A stretch of DNA of 64,000 nucleotides from Marsupella aquatica (Eukaryota > Plantae > Marchantiophyta): assembly GCA_973895155.1 (NCBI GenBank), contig OZ316897.1:19230168-19294167 (forward strand), read 5' to 3'. Below, one piece after another: positions 24,582 through 38,134 of this stretch. The notes under the pieces were generated by a model that was not told the DNA's origin, did no database searches, and saw only the letters and a program-made list of their open reading frames with translations. A program made the translations under genes and the position numbers. Every line of letters begins with the position of its first letter. The stretch's first letter is position 1.

Positions 24582-27235
24582 TCATGTCTCCACCATGGGC
24601 TCCGGACCATTGGACTCGACATGTGAACAAGTACCAGAGTGTGCTGGTATCACAGAGTTGAACAAAATGTCCTTGATGACCTGAACAGCAGAAGCGAAGT
24701 TAGCAATAGCGTGAATAAATCAAATGAGAACTGGAAGTGGTCACGGTGGACGTTCTACATTTAGATAATCAGATCCACCTAGAACAGGCTGACACCTGCA
24801 TCATAAAACACTTGACAGTAGATCCGTTATAGAAGGGATGCAACAGTAGACAGCCAAACCTCACTGGATAACAAAACCAACCTGAGACATGAGTCCATGC
24901 ACTTGCTCCACTGTGATTTTGGAACTATCACGGGTTATCTTTGCCAGTTGAGACTCTTCCTGTGGGTCACAAGCAGAGAAATTTAGGAGTGTGAGGAAGA
25001 AGTAGGTTGCAACAAGGTCTAGAAGTTTGTAGTAGGATCGGACTACTCTGGATACCCAATAAAATAGAACATGCTGGTATAGAATTCGGTCTAACACAAT
25101 GCGGTCATAATCCATCTTTAGGGCTGTGATCCCCATAAATACATGAACAAGACCTGGCAACATTTCATCTACTGAATGAGAATAGATAGGTCATATGCTT
25201 ACCTCCTTCTTCCGCTGTGGAGGCATGAAGAATCCTCCAATGCGACCTGAATGAGCTAGATGTGTCTCTGCTTGTTCTAACTTCTCAGCTGCAAATATTG
25301 TAGGAGATAATTTTGTTAGTGCCTCGACATTATCTTGGCAACAAGCAAAAGGGCTTACAAATCAAACCAGAAACTGCACCGTGAACGAAATTGAGTTAGC
25401 TTAAATTGAAAAAGGGCCCCGGAAGAGATCATTTCTCAAAGTCTATCACGATGCTCACCAAGATCTGAAACTTGCCCAGCTACGTAGTCCCGGTTGCCAA
25501 GAAGTGGTGAAGAAGATAGAGTGTTCACCCAGTACTTGTTCCAAAGAAGATCCAACAAGTGCGAATCCAGTGATGACTTGAAATAGGTAATGTCCAGTGA
25601 ATAATACTGCAAAAGTAATCCAGCATGAGTGTCTATATTGGCCACAAAATAAGAATGTGTACTAATCACACACTAGTCGACAAAATTTAGGGTAAACAGT
25701 GGATGACCCTACCTCTGTTGTGTGAGTACTTAGAGAGAATTGGTCCCGGGAACTTTTACGCTTTGTTATTTAACCTACAAATTTCAGTCTATCCATTCCC
25801 ACCGTTTAATTTTATGAAGTGCTGGGTAAGTTGGATGGAGACTGTGTAAAGATTATATTCCAAGAAACTTGCTCAGCCTGGCTGGCGGTAGACTTAGTAA
25901 CTCAAAAGAGTTTGACGGTCCTGCGCATTTCTCGATTGCACTTGTCGTGCGTGTTAACCAAGTTGTCAGGTTCAAAACTTCAGAGATAGATGAGTCAAGT
26001 ACCTGCTTGTAGTGAACTCCAAAGTCTTCGATTTTGTTCAAAGGAATGGTCTGGTACTCTGAGGGTGGCTCGTCCGGAGGTTTGTAACCCTGTGGATATG
26101 TCCGAAATGCACCGATTTCGACCTTCCCCGCTGACACTGTTCTAGTAGGATCAATGACAACAGCCAAGAAAGGCTCTTGATACTGTTGATTCAGCATCTG
26201 TGTGGATACATCGATTCCTGACAGCCAGCAACCATAGCCGGGATGTGAGTGGTACCAACCCACCACATTTTCTAGCCTCCCAACCTGCTTTCACCAGCCA
26301 AACCTGTCAACACTTCTGAACGGCGGCTGAGGAAAACAACAAAGTTCCTTCTGCTCCATCAATACAAACTGAAAACCTAATTTTCTCCCAAGGGGATACC
26401 AGAGTCTTCCAGACGGGCCGTACCTACAACGGCATGTGACCGAACAAAATAACAATTGCCCATAAACCAGGTTGACTCTGTCTATTGAAATTCTATCAGT
26501 TCCAGGAGAGATTCCCTGACCTGCTTGTTTGTTTGCGCATATTGAACCATATACTCGTAAGCATCTGCTTGTGCATTCACACGCGTCTCAGTACCCTCGA
26601 CTGGCAAAGCAAACGCATCCTGTGTGGGAGAGCGAAGTCAGTATCCATTGGCCACTAGTGCAATTGTGAGTGACTTCTAAATCAGTCCAAAATAACATTA
26701 CCAGTAAGAGTACCTGTGCAGGATTTCTTCATGCAGGACGTTCCAGCCAGGAAACTCTTCAAAGTCTTTATGATTAGGGCACCAAAATTTCAACTTCTCC
26801 GTATAAGTTCACTTCCAGGAAACCCTAAAGCTAGGAATCTTCCCAGAAATTGAAAGGGTTTAGAAATTTAGAACTGCATGTTTTCCCTGGACAGAAACGG
26901 CTTTCTCATACCATAATAATGATCGTATCCCCGTCGGTCTTCCCCTGCATGAGCCCCATGACTTCAATTGTTCCACCTGATCTAGCGTGAACGACCATCT
27001 TCAACAGTGCCAATGCGGAGATTTTCACGTTCTTGAAAAAGTGGGGATCCCTGGTCCAGGGCTTTTGCTGCAGAAAGGCATTCTGCGCAGCCTCATCGTA
27101 CTGGTACATGGCGTCTGCGTCCAACGCCACACTGTTCGCCGGTTTACTGGACGACGAGGGGGTCTCCATGATTATGTTGTTCTCCAGCTCCCATGTCTGG
27201 CGCGCTATTGCCGCGGACGACGTCGACGCGTCCAT
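24582..27235 (-). CDS. CSN5: COP9 signalosome subunit 5 (JAB1/MPN+ deneddylase), 7 exons, 371 aa
   Basis: Exons 27235-26912, 26619-26521, 26284-26003, 25606-25459, 25288-25203, 24959-24882 and 24680-24582 splice in frame through GT-AG introns. Motifs [62 protein letters not shown]. Confidence 0.98.
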
Positions 27236-29853
27236 CGTCCGCCCCTGGTCCCCGTTCCTTCGTCTCGGTCCCGAATCCCCGTCGACTCGCCTAAATCTCA
27301 CTCTCAACGCCTAAAAAACACGACCCTCACTACTGTCCTCGAGCGCGATGTCCCTCCCAAGTAATTCCCCTGTTCTGTCGAACACATTGGCCGAAGCTTT
27401 CTTTCCACTCAGCCACTCAGGATTTCTGCATTCTACTGAGGATTTCTCCTCTCCTCTCACTCAGTGACTCAGCTGGCAATCTGAACTCGCGATAGCTGCC
27501 AATCGACTGTCGTTCTTTACAATTTATCACACTGCAAAAGCACAAAAAGCAAAACTCGGGAAAGCTTCTACTCTCGTTCTGTCCATCACCCTTCCAAAAC
27601 ACAAAAGAGAGGATACTTTGGACTCACAACAAAAACCAAAACTGGGGAGAGTTTCGACTCATTTGCACATTTAATTAAAGATACTTCTGATTTGCGCATT
27701 TAGTTTTAAAGATACTGGATTTGAACCATTAGCTCTTGCACTTTTTCATTAGATGTGTACCATTAGTTCATCACACTATTGCAGATTCTATTTACTCTTT
27801 TTAGATAATAGCCTGTTGGTTGGTGTTAGTGTTTGTACTCTTTGGGCCTCTTTTGCTTTCCCTTCATTGTACTTGATTTTGCCCTTTTGTAAAACAAATA
27901 AATTATGTAAAAAAAACTCATCTGTCTATGTACCACTATATCACACTACGGGTGAACAAAAAGCAAATATAGGATAAAGGATCCCAAAGGTAGGAGACCT
28001 CAAAACCTTCTGTTTCACATAGGTTTTATGCACCTGGGATGCTGCAGGCCTGAGCGCGGGTCAAATTGCGGTTTCCAAAGAACTGGTCCGCCATTGACTT
28101 AGGCGGTCTATCCACGGGTGTCTGCAATAAAAGTTGGTCCATGAGGATATGTCAGTGCTCTGCAAGAATTATTAGGGCCCTTCAGAAAAACAACCAAATT
28201 CATGAATTAGAAAATGATTTTGAGTTAACCGGCAGGTGGGTGTTGTGACTTGTCTCAAACCAAAAACCCCATAGGTAAAGTTTGCCAGAAAGTTGGGTTT
28301 TAGTAAGGGAGCAGGTGACTGAAAGATGGGGAGCAACAGGTTTGAGAAACCCTAATGGTGGGGAGAAACAAGAAAAAATAACCCCAAGACGACAAACGAG
28401 CCAAAAAGCCTGAGAGCATACAATGAAAGGGACAAAGCAAGGAAAATAACCCTAAGACTACCAAAGAGATTAAAAGCCAGGGAGTTCCCATTCAAGAACA
28501 AAATAACTAGAGTACAACCCTCCTCAGCAGCAAATTGAGAAGCTGGGTAAAGCTATGGAGTACACTGTGTGTATGGCTACACTTTCATGCTAATTTCCTA
28601 CCGGAACCTTACCCACCATTGCACTATTTTGCCATCCTAGTTCAAACAAAAAAGCAATTATGCAGATTTTGATACTGATGACAAACTATTTTCAAGTGCT
28701 TGAAACCTGTAAAAAAATTCTGTGATGGAAATGTTAAGAATATTGTAAGTATCTTGATGTGAAAAGTGACTTGTCTGTGTTCAGGGTTATTATTCTCCTA
28801 CTGAAACACGCAAATAATAATTTGGCCTTGGTTATTTCCTAGAATGAACAATAATGAATGTTTTGCCCAGGACCAGCTAACAAGGATGGCACTGTGGTAC
28901 CAAATATTACAGCACAAACAGGGTGACAATATCCAAAAGACAAGAGACCGAATAAAGTTTTCAGTAATCTGTGGAATTGCAGGCGAGTGAAACCCAGTTC
29001 TGCCTAGAACTGAAGGTGAAACTTGTCACTATCTTTTGGCTTTGTAAAGGGGGTAAAACTGAGGTGAAACTTGTTTTTGCTGCTGGCAAGGCCACTGACC
29101 AAATGTCACATCTAGTTTTCCGAGGGACTCAACACACTTGTCGGGGGGCCAGGCACATCTACATTGTTCACCTTAATTAGCATTATGCAAGAATTAGTGT
29201 TAGTATAAAGTTAGTATTACTAATACCAATTTTGGTAAAAAGTAATCTTGAGTCAAAAGTAACAGTAATTCTTGTGAATTTTGAAAATAGTTTTTCCCCC
29301 CTATTTTTCCACTCTTGAGACCACAGTAACACTAATTTCATGTGCATGGAAATACTCTTAGCACAAAATTATTGTGACTAAAACCAATTTGCCAATACAT
29401 CTTGAGAATTTACACTCTCAAACTAGTGTTAGTCACACTACTTATGGTGAAATTGTAATTTTAGTTTTATGAGGGACTCAACACAGACTGTGGGATCTTC
29501 TACGTGCATTTGCCTAGCATCCCACAGTTTTGGGGCATTTCTGGAGAACACAGTAAGAACTCTCTAATGAAGGGGAGAAAACAAGGGAGACCAGAGAGCC
29601 AAAAGACCAAAGAGTACCACACAACTGAACTTCTACAATGCTCCTCCCTCGAAGGCTGAAGACCCAAGAGCAATATGAAGGAAAGGAAACACTCCCCCAA
29701 GGTTGGATTATATCACACCAGAACAGGAAAGGGAGAGGAAGGCGGGAGGAATGTGCTGACTGCCTTCATGGCCTCCTTCCAAGACCAAGACGGGGCCTGC
29801 CTGCTTCCGTGCAGGCCTCAGCACTTTCCAACATATCTATATAATTTGTGACC

Positions 29854-30031
29854 TGTTGTAACCCAAGGTTAGGTCAACATCCAACCCTAGTTAAGGGATT
29901 GAGGTAGTTACTATAACTACCACTACATGTATACCTAGGGAGGTATTAGTAAACCCCCTATGAATGGATGAACCTTAATTGTTGGTGTAATTAACATTTT
30001 ATCTCCTAAGAATTCTCTCCACCTCTCAACA
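29854..30031 (+). repeat. 5' LTR of the outer element
   Basis: TGTTGTAACCCAAGG...CTCTCAACA; about 5 substitutions versus the 3' copy by eye. Confidence 0.9.
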
Positions 30032-30991
30032 CGTTATCAGCACGTAGCTCTCCCCACGAGCAACTTTCTTTGAGAAAAGGTTACATTTACATTAAATGTT
30101 CATAGATTTGACACATTTATTTCTCGATGGGGTAGGAGGAGAATACGTTGAGAAATACATTTCTTGTTCTTTTGCTGTGTTGCCCATTCTACCGCCCATT
30201 GCCCATTCTACTGCCCATTGTTGTGTTGTTAGCTTTGCATCCAAGGGAGAGAAGGTTCAATTCAAATTGCTGTTCTGTTGCGTTCAACGGGGCCCTTTAA
30301 GAAAATCATCGACTGCAGTTGCCTGATCTATCCCCATCGTAAAATTGTTAACGAATAGAAACTGACAGAAGAATGAGGAAACAAATAGATAAGGACAAGT
30401 GGAATCTACCTACACCAGCCAACAATTCCGAAGTGAACCAGTTCAGATCCTGTCTCATGAATTGAACCTGGAGGCCTTGAAGCTACAGCCTGAGAGATGA
30501 CCACAGATAAACTGAGACTGGATATTGTGGATGTGATAGAACCCATTCAGCCTGGATTCAAATTTCACTACCACACATAGAAATGAATACTGACTTTGAC
30601 ATGGCAAATACCTGAATTGAAAAGCCCAAGGTGAACTTGCTCTACCATCGACGATGATGACCGCAGGAGAGACATAAGAGCCTGCGGAGACCTGAAACAA
30701 ATGTGCAAAAGTTGCTATGCAACACAGCCCAGCGACGGACGATAAACAATGACCAGCAATGGAAGGCACTGCAACCCTAAACTATGGAGCACCTAACAAT
30801 CAAGAAATGAAGTTCAAGCCCGAATCGAGAGACAAAATTGATGAGAATCAAAGATGGGAGCTATGACAAGAAGAGATCCGATACGACACTTCAAATTTGT
30901 GAGAAACCAAAGATTGGAGCACCGGATTGAGATCAAGATAAGAGCTGCACTGATTTTGACAAGCAAGGACTTCCCGAGGATCACTGTCTCC

Positions 30992-31336
30992 TGTTAGGAT
31001 TTACTCTTAGGTCTAGAGTTACGACTGTACCATAGTTAAGGTTAACCTTAGTCGCAGACTTGGTTAGGTTAGTCATGCTGTGCACACTCTATAACCAAGC
31101 GGTGTTTGCTTGGAGAGTGGGAACTCAAGCTCATTGTTACGGAGCTAGTTGAGAGATAGAGAGAGCTTGCGCTGTGGATGCTTGGTATGGCCGGTCAGCC
31201 TAGAGTGCAATAAAGCTCATGTGTGTTCCCGAGGACGTAGCCTCATGTGGAGGTGAACCATGTATCTCTCTGTGTCGACTCTTGTGCGTTGGATGGTTCA
31301 TGGGCTTGCCGTTGCAATTGTCGTCTATGCTCAACA
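30992..31336 (+). mobile_element. solo LTR of the copia family seen at 1-3194
   Basis: Near-identical to 2851-3194, TG...CA ends, 5-bp TSD TCTCC (30987-30991 and 31337-31341), no internal sequence. Confidence 0.96.
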
Positions 31337-32432
31337 TCTCCCGATTCAGACCGAGTTGAAGTGGGACACAAAACACTGAAGCGGGAAGGAAGCAAATTGA
31401 ACGTAAGGAACTGTAGCAAAGGGGCAACGGAAATTATTTCCTTTGAATCACGGATGGAGACTGTCAAGCTGCAAAACAACAAGTGAGCGTTTCCTCCCAA
31501 AGCAGCAACAAGCCCGATGAAACACATTGACAAGAGGGGAACGAGTGCACAAAGAACCGCCACATCCAAATCTCACAACAAGACAACAAAAACATCGAGC
31601 AAACATCGACCCAAACCGCTAAGTCCAAAACCCTCCTTAACTGCAAACCCTAACAAAGCTAATTCATGTTTACAAGAGAAGTGTGCACTTAACCAGGGAA
31701 ACACTTAAAACATACCAAAAAACCCAACATACCTAAAACTCCATTTCTCTGTGAAAAAGTACCACCTCGGCAAAGAAACATAATCAAGCCCTTAATTGGG
31801 TCATCAAAATGAATTAATGGGTGGTAATTAACCACTAATCAAACGGGAAAACAAAAAATCTACCCCACTACCCTATAAATTAAAATGTAACGTCTTGTCA
31901 ATTTGAGATTGGAAACTTTATTTCACAGTTCAATGAGTTGAAATAGAAAAGGGGTAAACAAAAATGGTCTGAAATGAAAGAGTATTTTTAATTTTTTCCT
32001 CAATGATAAGAAACAAATAAATCCTAAGACACAATTAGTTGGTTTTCACATATACCATACATCAAGAAATAAAATGTGGACCAATCCATGATTGAAATAT
32101 AAGTTGCTTGAATGGTATAAATTATATACTTATTAAAAAAAAGCAATTGTTTGGAACAAAATTTGAAAGATGTATAAGAGGGAACAAACATGACATGGAA
32201 GGATCATCTATTTGCTTGGTTGGCATAAGTTATTACAATACAAACTCCCTAGACCTCAATTTGAGGGGGAGAAAAGAATGTATTACCCAGCTCATATTAC
32301 CCTTAGGACATTCAAATACAAACTGACAATACTAATTACTAAATACAAGGTATTTATAGAGGTTCACCCCCTATATCTAGTGGGGATAGTTGTTAAGCTT
32401 ACCATGGAGGATAGGGGCCAACCTCATATAAG

Positions 32433-32769
32433 TGTTGAGCATAGACGAAATTCGTAACGGCAAGCCCATGAACCATCCAACGCACAATAGTCGACACAGA
32501 GAGATACGTGGTTCACCTCCACATGAGGCTACGTCCACGGGAACACACAAGAGCTTTACTGCACTCTAGGCCGACCGGCCATACCAAGCATCCACAGCAC
32601 AAGCTCTCCCTATCTCTCAACTAGCTCCGTAACAATGAGCCTAAGTTCCACCAAGGTCTGGCATCAGCCCTGGCTATATACACAATAGCACTACCGCTAA
32701 CATTAGCTAAGTTGAGTTAGCCTAACTGTGGTTAGCACAAGAGTCACAAGACTAGAGCAATATCTAACA
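32433..32769 (-). repeat. 3' LTR of the nested copia
   Basis: Matches 50267-50608 with about 5 substitutions and 2 small indels. Confidence 0.96.
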
Positions 32770-32975
32770 AACTCCCCCTTGACTCTTGTCTTGGGGACTG
32801 GACTAAATGCTACCATATGGAATCCTCAACGGGAAGTTTTAGACAATCACCAAACCAGTCTCCCCCTAAAAGCCACAAGGGTTTACTAAGGGTTAACTAG
32901 AACTAAGCCCTAGCCTAACAGGAATGAGTAATCCATATACAAATAGTCACACATTGCTAAATAACTCTACTTGCA

Positions 32976-33582
32976 CTACAACTGCAAAACCTGCAAAGTA
33001 GCACGGTGTCTTGAGAAACTCTCCAAAGGAATCACTTTGGTAAAAGCATCAGCGGGATTGAGCTTTCCATCAATCTTGACTAGCTCAAAAGTTTTATCAG
33101 ACACTACTTGCCTGATAAAATGGTACCTGATATCAATGTGCTTCACCCTGCTATCCATCACCTGGTTAGCAGCCAAGTGAAGAGCACTCTGACTATCACA
33201 GTTTAGAGTCATTTTGCCATGCTCTAAACCCATCTCCACGATCAACTTGTCCAACCAAATTGCTTCCTTTGCAGCTTCTGCTGCTGCAACATACTCTGCT
33301 TCTGTAGTAGACTGAGATATGCACTTCTACAAGGTAGATTTCCAACTGATACATCCTCCTCCAAGAGTGTATACAAACCCAGTTGTAGACCTCCTTGTAT
33401 CCAGACAGCCTCCATAGCCAGAATCTACATAGCCAACGAACGTTCTATCTGATCTGTTATCAAATAGTAATCCATAGTCCTCTGTTCCCTTCAGATACCT
33501 GAGAATCCACTTCACAGCTTCCCAATGTACCTTCCCTGGATTTGACATGAATCTGCTAACCTTGCCCATCGCTAGGGCCAAG
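32976..33582 (-). pseudogene. copia RT C-terminus and RNase H remnant
   Basis: HWEAVKWILRYLKGT, GYVDS, STTGFVYTLGGGCISWKS, KHIDIRYHFIRQ, NPADAFTK; one in-frame stop at 33327. Confidence 0.92.
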
Positions 33583-34367
33583 CACTACAACACTATCGGC
33601 CGGTTTTGCGAAGACAATCTCATCGCAACTAACAAGCCCCTGATTTTCATAATTCTGGCTATTGCGAACATACGCGCATCGCACCCCCTTCGCACTTTGC
33701 GAACCTAATAACTTCGCACGTGGACCATCGCAACGGCATCGCAACATCATGACAAACTGAGAAGCTGAGAGGTTCGCAATATTCAATACTTCTGCGATCC
33801 ATTATACGTCGCATAAGGTTCGCAAACATACACGCACACGTCCCACGCGGGCGTCAATATTTGAGACGGATTTACCATCGCATCATATTTGCGATTGATA
33901 CTGGTTCAATTGTTTTGATGGGGATTGTATGACAAAGAGCGATACCGGTGATTTCAGAAGTTTGTGAACGGTTGCGATTAGGAAAGTGCGATCCTAGAAG
34001 TATCACAAAAACCCGACATATTTGGATCTGAAGTTCTGAAGTTAATTGACTCAAAAAGTGCGACGCCTTGGGGTTAATATTGTGCGATGGGAATGAGTTC
34101 TTAAAGGGTTCGCAAAATTATGATCACACAGGATTCAATACATTATTTGCGAGGGGTTTTCCTTGGAACCCAATGTGGAAGGCAAAATTGTTGTTTTATA
34201 AAATGGAAAAGCATGAACAAAATGATAGGGCTTCAAAGAACCCTATACATGGACAAGAGGGGGGAAATATCTGATGCTAGGTCCGCCCTTCTAAACCTAT
34301 GCTGCCTCTTCCTACCCTAAGCTCCGGCATGACAAGTCACTCTCATGCATGTATCTCTACAAAATAA

Positions 34368-36413
34368 CTAGAATGGGCTCTTGCGGCTCCTCTTGGTTGG
34401 CTTCTTGGCTGGCTTCTTGCCCTTATCCTTCCGGGGATCCTATTGGTGACGGGTGCGTGATGGCCGTCGGCGCTCCTGCTCTTGCTCCTGCTGCTCCTCT
34501 GGCTCCTCCTGCCCCTCCTGCTCCTCCTCCTCATCCTCAGGGTCCTCCTCCTCCCCCTGGTCATCAACGTGTGCTGATGACACACGACTACCACCACTAC
34601 CACGGTGGGAAGAACCTACCTCACGACTACTCCCCCCCGAGCACCACTAGTACCAGGAGTAGCCCCCTCATCGTCATCACTACTGGTCACATCAGCACCC
34701 GACCCCTCAGGCTCATCCGAATCCTGCATCCATTACATATCATTAGTTTCCGCAAGACATAAAGGGTCACTCACAATGTTTGCATGCTAATCATATGGTT
34801 CACACTTAGACACTTACAGTAGCCAACTCGGCATCTACCATCGCAAAGAGGTACTTTCGTCCATGCTCTATCGCCACCTCAATATGCTTTTTTGATATCT
34901 TCCTTTTGTACCTACGATACTGCCATGCATAAAACCAATTAAAATTGGTTAAATTTGCCCTTAAGCATACCCTATAGCCACAAGTGACGCCTAAATCCTC
35001 AACTACTAAACATGACCCAAAAAAATTTTAAAATTCAAATTTGCGAACCTATAAGCATAGCAACTTGCGAACCACCTTTTTTTGCGAAGGCGTTGCGATG
35101 GAGTTTGTGATGCGCATTTGTTCGCAAAGGCATCGGAAAATTGAAATGGAAAAAGTCTATGATAGACTTTGCGAGGGGTTTGCGAACAAATACGCATCGC
35201 AACACCTTCGCAAACTGTGTTCCCGAGAGTTTTTAAAAATTTGCCAGAAATTCTAAGTGTCAGAGTTGCCCTAAACTAGTAACCAAGCAAGCATGCACAA
35301 CAGCAAGAACCTTCGGGGATGTCATTCACTTGCATTGCACAACTCTGAAAGGAATAGAGAGGTTAGGGAGGAGCAAGAGGCACTCACAAAGTGTGACTTG
35401 AGGCCAGGGAGCCCGCCTTGACCCAACTTGTGGACTGGATTGGGGGTGGATTTCACTCGTTTGGCTGCATCTGTGAAACGCTTGGGTGGCTTTCCCTCCT
35501 GGTCGGCCACCTTCTGCATCTCAGCTACCTTCTGCTCAAGTGGCTTCAGGTCATGGTCAGGGGGGAGCTTCCCGGCCTCCTTTGCTTTCAAGGCTCGATC
35601 TAGATTGCCCTTCCACTCTTCCAACTCGTGAGCTGCCTTAATTTGCACCTCAATCTTGTAAAACGAATTCCAGATGTCCTCGGTGAAGTGGAGGGGTCTG
35701 CGCAAGTTCCTGTATGATCTCAAGTCTTTCAGGTGGGCTCTAATCTTCATCCTGTCATGGTATCGCATTTGAGACATAGAATTTGAAATCTTATCTGCCA
35801 ACCATTGCTCATCTATGTCAGGCCCATTGCGAAATGCATCCTTGATTTGGTTGATGACCCTCTTTCGCTCTGCCTTCTCAATCTTCCCCCACTGCATGCC
35901 TCGTGAGAAATTGCTTGTGATAATCTGCTTGATTGTGCTCTTAGCCCCTGCATATGCTAGCTCAGTTGGAGTCCCACTCATCTCCAAGGCAATGAATGGA
36001 AGTTTTTTTCTTGCTTCCTCTTTCTGACGTTGCTCCTCCCTCTGTTTTCGAATTGAATCTCTCTCCTCTCTTCTCTTCTGCTTCTCTAGGGCTTGAGGAG
36101 AGGCAACTCCCGACTTAGTTCTTTCCTCTCTCTTCCTTTTTTTCTCTCTAGCCTTCTCTTCAGCTGCGGCCCTCTCCTCCCCCTCTCTAGTAGCTTGTCC
36201 TGCTACAATCCCAGTTTGCAAAACCTGTCCAAGAATGGCACTCAAAGAGGCAAGCTCTGCTGGAGAATTGAGATTCACTTCTCCCAATTGTGCAGCACTG
36301 AGATGTTGGGCCACTAAGTCTGCCCAGGCATTCTTCTCTTTCTCTGGATTTCCCCCATTGCCACTACCACTACCACTACCACCTTGCCCTCCACTCCCCT
36401 CACCGGTAGCCAT
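34368..36413 (-). CDS. CACTA ORF2 (TnpA-like accessory protein), 3 exons, last exon damaged
   Basis: Exons 36413-35388, 34919-34818 and 34723-34368 splice at phase 0. Charged helical N-terminal part, W..I.K..RK..I..I.D.F segment, HKLGQGG motif, acidic tail and basic NLS-like end. A 1-bp frameshift in the G-run near 34632-34638 and a TAG near 34440. TnpA identity is inferred from context. Confidence 0.7.
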
Positions 36414-36759
36414 AGCTCCCCTCTCTCACAGTCTCCCTCGTACTGTTGCGCGCGCCCCGGCCCTTCTCGTCTCGCTCAAAAACTGAAATGAGCCCGAATG
36501 CGAGCTCCCGCCGATGTTTACGCCGTTTAAAAATGGGTTTGCGATGACATACGCATGGGAAACTGCGAAGCCCGCGCCCTCGCAAATAGTCTCGCAACTT
36601 GCGAGGCACTTCCGAATCTATTCTCTTCGTAAAGCCATCACAACCCGCAGAAGACCCAAAAAATTGTTCTCGGCCTCTGTTTTTGCGAAGCAAGTGCGAA
36701 GGTCGTAGGTTCGCAAAAATATTCTCTAACTTGTGAAATAATTTGCGAGGCAGGTCTTA

Positions 36760-37700
36760 TCGGTTTAGGGTTGGAAAACACTTTGGGGTGTCAAACGGCT
36801 ATTAAGGTTTGTCAAACGACATTTAAGGTATGTTAAGTGCCCATAAGTTAACATGGAAGGGGTGTCAATGGATGTTTGGGTTGTAAGGATAACTAGAATA
36901 TAAGTTAACAAAGGTTTGGGTTTAATTAAAGGTTAGGTTTATATTTGGTTTTAATCTAGGAGTATTTGGTTTAATTAAGGGGGTTAAAACTTGGGTTAGG
37001 TTGGAATAAAAGGGTTGGGTTTAAATTAATGGGTTTGGCTTAGGGTTCAAGGTAGAGGTTTGCATTAGGTTGTGAGTAATTACAGGGGTTGGGTTTGGTT
37101 TTAGTTGAGGGGTTGAATTGTGGTTGTTTTTTAAAGGGATTGGGTTTGGTTTTTAGTTGGGGGGTTTAATTGTGGTTTTTTTAAAGGGGTTGGGTTTCTA
37201 ATGTAAGTGTTTGGGTTGGGGTGTAACATGATATAGGGTTGGATTTGGTTCTAATTGAGGGGGTACAATTTTTGCTTAAGTTTTAAAAAAGGGCCTCAAT
37301 TTAGGGGTTAGGGTGAAGTTTAGAATAACTATAGGGGTGGGGGTTGGCCTATATAGGTAAAGTAAGGTGTAGATAGGATAAGAGTTTTATATGTAATTGG
37401 GGGATTTGGGTTGGGTTTAGGGTAAAGGTTTGAAATTTTAATGAGGGATTTGGGTATTGGTTAGGATAAGGGTAAGGGTTTAGGGTGCTTGAGGGATTTG
37501 GGTTAGGTTTTAATGAAGGGTTTCATTTCATGGTTTGGGTTTAGGGTAGGTGTTTGGGTTTAGGGTAAAGGTTTGAATTTTTAATGAGGGATTTAGGTAT
37601 TGGTTAGGATAAGGGTAAGGGTTTAGGGTGATTGAGGGATTTGGGTTAGGTTTTAATGAAGGGTTTCATTTCATGGTTTGGGTTTAGGGTAGGGTTTGGG
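36760..37700 (+). repeat. G/T-skewed low-complexity spacer with telomere-like GGGTTTAGGG motifs and a 143-bp direct repeat
   Basis: Very few C on the + strand; TTTAGGG near 36763, 37300, 37416, 37478, 37540, 37559, 37622 and 37683; duplication with period 143 (about 37411 and 37554). Confidence 0.85.
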
Positions 37701-38134
37701 TTACTTATATTTCTTTGTCTATCTCATTAACATGGAGAGGAAAACTCTTTGGCGTTGTAGGGCACTTCCCCATGTTTTTTAAAGTTTTGGCTAATGCATG
37801 ATAATGCCTTGCGAGAGCCCGGGCATCTGAAAGGTATAACATTTTCTCATGCATTTCTAGTCATTGCTGTAAATATGGAGGGTTATAATCTATCATCCTT
37901 TTTTTCTGGTTCACCATAAGGCATGGCTTAATTCATTGTATATTGGCAGATTTTCCCCTCCTTCCAGATTTGGTTCATGAAATTTGAGCCACAAGATCCG
38001 TCAAGGCATTGCTAAGCCCGGGTCTCATAAAGGTATTTTTCTGTCAATTCTTTTTAATATGTTTAGGTAGGGATTATCAATGATGGTTTTGGTGAAGTTT
38101 TTACTAATCGCCTTCCAATTGCTATACTTGTCAG

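Noticed and set aside
34349-34762. Pro/His-rich plus-strand ORF
   Set aside because: Antisense shadow of the Glu/Gly-rich last exon of CACTA ORF2.
36760-37700. Interstitial telomere or chromosome-fusion scar
   Set aside because: TTTAGGG units are scattered rather than a tandem array, and they lie inside a TIR/TSD-bounded transposon.
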